Shown here: piece by piece, positions 49,410-51,727 of the stretch
Numbering within the stretch: position 1 is the stretch's first letter
Layout: each line of letters opens with the position of its first letter
Assembly (NCBI GenBank): GCA_031423875.1
Contig: JANPGI010000105.1
Location: forward strand, 1 to 51,727
Direction of reading: 5' to 3'
From: Verrucomicrobiota bacterium
Lineage (GTDB): Bacteria > Verrucomicrobiota > Verrucomicrobiia > Limisphaerales > JADLHS01
DNA length: 51,727 nucleotides
Program-made: the position numbers and the translations under genes
The notes under the pieces: generated by a model
Databases searched by the model: none
Told to the model about the DNA's origin: nothing
The model's input: only the letters and a program-made list of their open reading frames with translations

Positions 49410-51542
49410 TCAACGCGACAATGGCTTTTTGCTGAAGCGACCGAAGTATTCGAGAATCTGATCGCGCCACTTCGCAGAGTCTGCGACTTGGATAGCGAGG
49501 CGATCCGCGACTTCCTTGTGACGCCGAGCATCAATCTTGCCCGCCAGTGATTCCCAAGTCCTCTGCAATTCTGCCGCTTGAGCCACACCCATCTGATATT
49601 TCGTGCAGAGTTCCTCCCACAACGTTTTCCCGGACTTCATGCGGCGATCCCACGCGCAACGATGAAACCAGAGGAGATATTTCTCCGGGCAGTGTGCTAG
49701 GTCATCGAACTCGTCAGCCAACGGCGGGAAGTATTGTTCCACCGCGCGATTGCCGCGTTTCGTGCGGTCAAAACCGATTCCTTCGGCGGAAGCCTGATGG
49801 TAATACGTCGCCGTCCAATCAGGACGCGGCGCGCGATCGTTCCACGGCATCGGCGCGTAATGATCGCCACCGATCAAATGATGCAAGCCGAGCGGCATCG
49901 TGTAGTTCACGAACGTCTCATACGACGACATCATCATCCCGTGGATGACCGCCACGACTTTGTCATCGTTGGAAAACGTCATGCGTGTCCACTCGTCGGC
50001 GATCTGCGCGGCGGACGATTCCGGATTCCAAGACAGCCGTCCGCACGCATACCAGTTGGCTTGCGAGAAATGATGTCCGCACCAGTTCGTGTCTAAACCG
50101 GGATTCACCACCGACGCCATGCCGGTGATGCGACTCGGGTGTACCTGACCGGCGAGCACCTTGGCCACGGTTGATCCCTTGCCCTTGGCATACGTGTCCG
50201 ACTTCAAGAACTCCTCCCATTGTGTCCCGAGATAAACCAAGTGCTTCGCGTGGCCGAGATATTCCTGGCTGGGTTGGATTTCAGCGATGATCGGCGTTTC
50301 CTTCAACGCGCCGAACAGCGGATGAAACGGTTCACGCGGCTGGAAATCCAAAGCGCCATTCTTCACCTGCACCGCAACGTTCGGACGGAACTTGCCATCG
50401 AGTCGGGTGAACTCTACGTAAGCACGCTTGAGCCGATCCGCATCCACGTCCTCGTCATAAACAAACGCGCGCCAGATGACATTGCCTTTGTGCGGGGCAA
50501 GCGCGTCGGCCAGCACATTCGCGCCCTCGGCGTGGGTTCGCCCGTAAGTTTTCGGGCCGGGCTGACCTTCAGAATTGGCCTTCACGAGAAAGCCGCCGAA
50601 GTCAGGAATCAGTTTGTAGATTTCAGCGGCTTTAGCCTTCCACCAATCAATGACTTTAGGATCAAGTGGGTCAGCAGTGGGCAATCCCCCCAAGCGTTGT
50701 GGCGCGGCGAAATTTGCGCTGACATATATCCGCACGCCATAAGGCCGCCATGTCTCCGCCAGCGCGGCAACTTTGCGGAGATTGTCCAGCGCGAGAATCT
50801 GCGTGTTGGCGTTGACGTTGTTGATGACCGCGCCGTTGATGCCGATGGAGGCGCAAGCGCGGGCGTAATCGGCATAGCGCGGACTGATCTTGTCCGGCAA
50901 CTCGTTCCATTGCCACAACGAGCGCCCAGCGTAACCGCGTTCAATCGTTCCGTTGGGATTGTCCCAATGATTCAACAACCGAAGCTGGAGCAACGGCTTC
51001 TCCACGATGTCGAGTCTCTCAATCGGCTGACCGGTTTGCATCAACCGGAGGAAATGGAAACTGCCGTAGAGCGCGCCGCTGTCAGTGTTGGCAGCGATCA
51101 CCGTCACCGGTGTGTTTTCAACTCGCACCGAGCGGATGATGAAACCTTCGTCGCCGATGCCGCGCAACTCTGCGGCCCAATTCAAATCGCGCACGAACGC
51201 AGAGCTCGCTGGTGTGCCGACGATGACCAGTCCCTCCGCCAGACCAGTGTCTCTCCGCTGAATCGTGGCGGTCAGCATCAGTGAGGTAGCCATTCGCAAT
51301 TCATCGCGGATGACGTCGCTCGTGGCCGAAGTCCCGTCCACGCGAATCTGTCGCACAATACGGCGATAGCTTTTGGCGGCATCACCCGGAGGCTCGTAAC
51401 GCAGCCAGAGTTTGTAGCCGTCTTCATCCGCGAGTGAATTGGCCGGCTCGGCAGCGAGCGTGCGCGTCACCTCCCCGCCGACACACAGACCGGCAGCACC
51501 TGTTAGTCCCGCCACCACAAATTCTCGGCGCGTCAGCTTCAT
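49410..51542 (-). CDS. aguA: GH67 alpha-glucuronidase (AguA-type) with a Tat-like signal
   Basis: MKLTRREFVVAGLTGAAGLCVG (twin-Arg). EDGYKLWLRYEP, the typical GH67 N-terminus. LRLLNHWDNPNGTIERGYAGRSLW. Start at cat 51540..51542, which avoids overlap with the upstream gene end. Confidence 0.9.
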   Translation of the reverse strand: MKLTRREFVVAGLTGAAGLCVGGEVTRTLAAEPANSLADEDGYKLWLRYEPPGDAAKSYRRIVRQIRVDGTSATSDVIRDELRMATSLMLTATIQRRDTGLAEGLVIVGTPASSAFVRDLNWAAELRGIGDEGFIIRSVRVENTPVTVIAANTDSGALYGSFHFLRLMQTGQPIERLDIVEKPLLQLRLLNHWDNPNGTIERGYAGRSLWQWNELPDKISPRYADYARACASIGINGAVINNVNANTQILALDNLRKVAALAETWRPYGVRIYVSANFAAPQRLGGLPTADPLDPKVIDWWKAKAAEIYKLIPDFGGFLVKANSEGQPGPKTYGRTHAEGANVLADALAPHKGNVIWRAFVYDEDVDADRLKRAYVEFTRLDGKFRPNVAVQVKNGALDFQPREPFHPLFGALKETPIIAEIQPSQEYLGHAKHLVYLGTQWEEFLKSDTYAKGKGSTVAKVLAGQVHPSRITGMASVVNPGLDTNWCGHHFSQANWYACGRLSWNPESSAAQIADEWTRMTFSNDDKVVAVIHGMMMSSYETFVNYTMPLGLHHLIGGDHYAPMPWNDRAPRPDWTATYYHQASAEGIGFDRTKRGNRAVEQYFPPLADEFDDLAHCPEKYLLWFHRCAWDRRMKSGKTLWEELCTKYQMGVAQAAELQRTWESLAGKIDARRHKEVADRLAIQVADSAKWRDQILEYFGRFSKKPLSR

Positions 51543-51579
51543 GATTTTTGACTTAGAGTTTCGGATGTCGGGGGTGAGT

Positions 51580-51727
51580 TCATTTGCTTGCGGTAAGTTG
51601 ATCACTCACGCGGAAAAAGTCGAACTCCGCGTGACCGCCCGCCGTCTTCGTGGCGTAGTTGAAAAGACCAAAGCGATAGCCCATGAAATGCGGAAGCGTG
51701 TAGCTCATCTTCAATTCATTTCCGATG
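51580..51727 (-). CDS. C-terminal 48 codons of a gene running off the right edge; resembles the concanavalin-like C-terminal domain of GH43 beta-xylosidases
   Basis: Reverse translation ...IGNELKMSYTLPHFMGYRFGLFNYATKTAGGHAEFDFFRVSDQLTASK* with stop at 51582..51580. The G.R.GLF.....GG.A.FD.F pattern is typical of GH43_C2-type domains. The fragment is too short for certainty. Confidence 0.5.
   Translation of the reverse strand, partial: IGNELKMSYTLPHFMGYRFGLFNYATKTAGGHAEFDFFRVSDQLTASK

Overview
GC-rich bacterial chromosomal window. The gene content points to Verrucomicrobiota/PVC: four prepilin-type, DUF1559-like pseudopilin genes sharing the N-terminus [29 protein letters not shown], giant PATR (autotransporter-associated beta-strand repeat) proteins, Gloeo_Verruco repeats and a Reg_prop sensor kinase.

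Layout:
- 1-1.1 kb: ribF (partial) and truB.
- 1.3-8.6 kb: a minus-strand operon of pseudopilin, an 833-aa internally duplicated unknown, a 965-aa GH25-muramidase surface giant and a second pseudopilin. It is divergent from an orphan Reg_prop/YYY histidine kinase (8.7-11.7 kb).
- 11.7-16.5 kb: housekeeping genes (M48 peptidase, membrane/TPR protein, tRNA-Leu(CAA), RRM glycine-rich RNA-binding protein, infA, HI0933 flavoprotein).
- 16.9-20.9 kb: a PA14-sensor histidine kinase plus a NarL-type response regulator.
- 20.9 kb to the right edge: a glucuronoxylan-utilisation region with no SusC/SusD or TonB receptor. It holds a GPH symporter, malectin lipoprotein, GH2, CE15, SGNH esterase, GH43-CBM6, GH115, SASA esterase, GH10, GH67 and a GH43-like C-terminus. 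Interleaved with these are non-CAZyme giants (1901-aa CotH/LTD protein, GloVer-repeat protein, 1356-aa PATR protein) and two more pseudopilins.

Main hunt results:
1. An 18-bp palindrome, ATACGAC-n4-GTCGTAT, occurs six times. It reads as a NarL-style 7-2-7 site, TACGACA-nn-TGTCGTA. All copies I found are intergenic: in front of the response-regulator gene, and in the promoter regions of the transporter/malectin, PATR/GH115 and GH10 units. This suggests a PA14-kinase/NarL-regulator xylan regulon.
2. Five large secreted proteins of unrelated function end in the same 55-80-aa module, which finishes in [FY][FY]R. It is present twice in tandem in the CotH giant. It is a candidate C-terminal sorting or anchoring signal.
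3. Pseudopilin-like genes are embedded inside both secreted-protein operons.

No CRISPR array, transposase, integrase or rRNA was seen. All calls come from reading the translations and the DNA by eye; no database search was possible.
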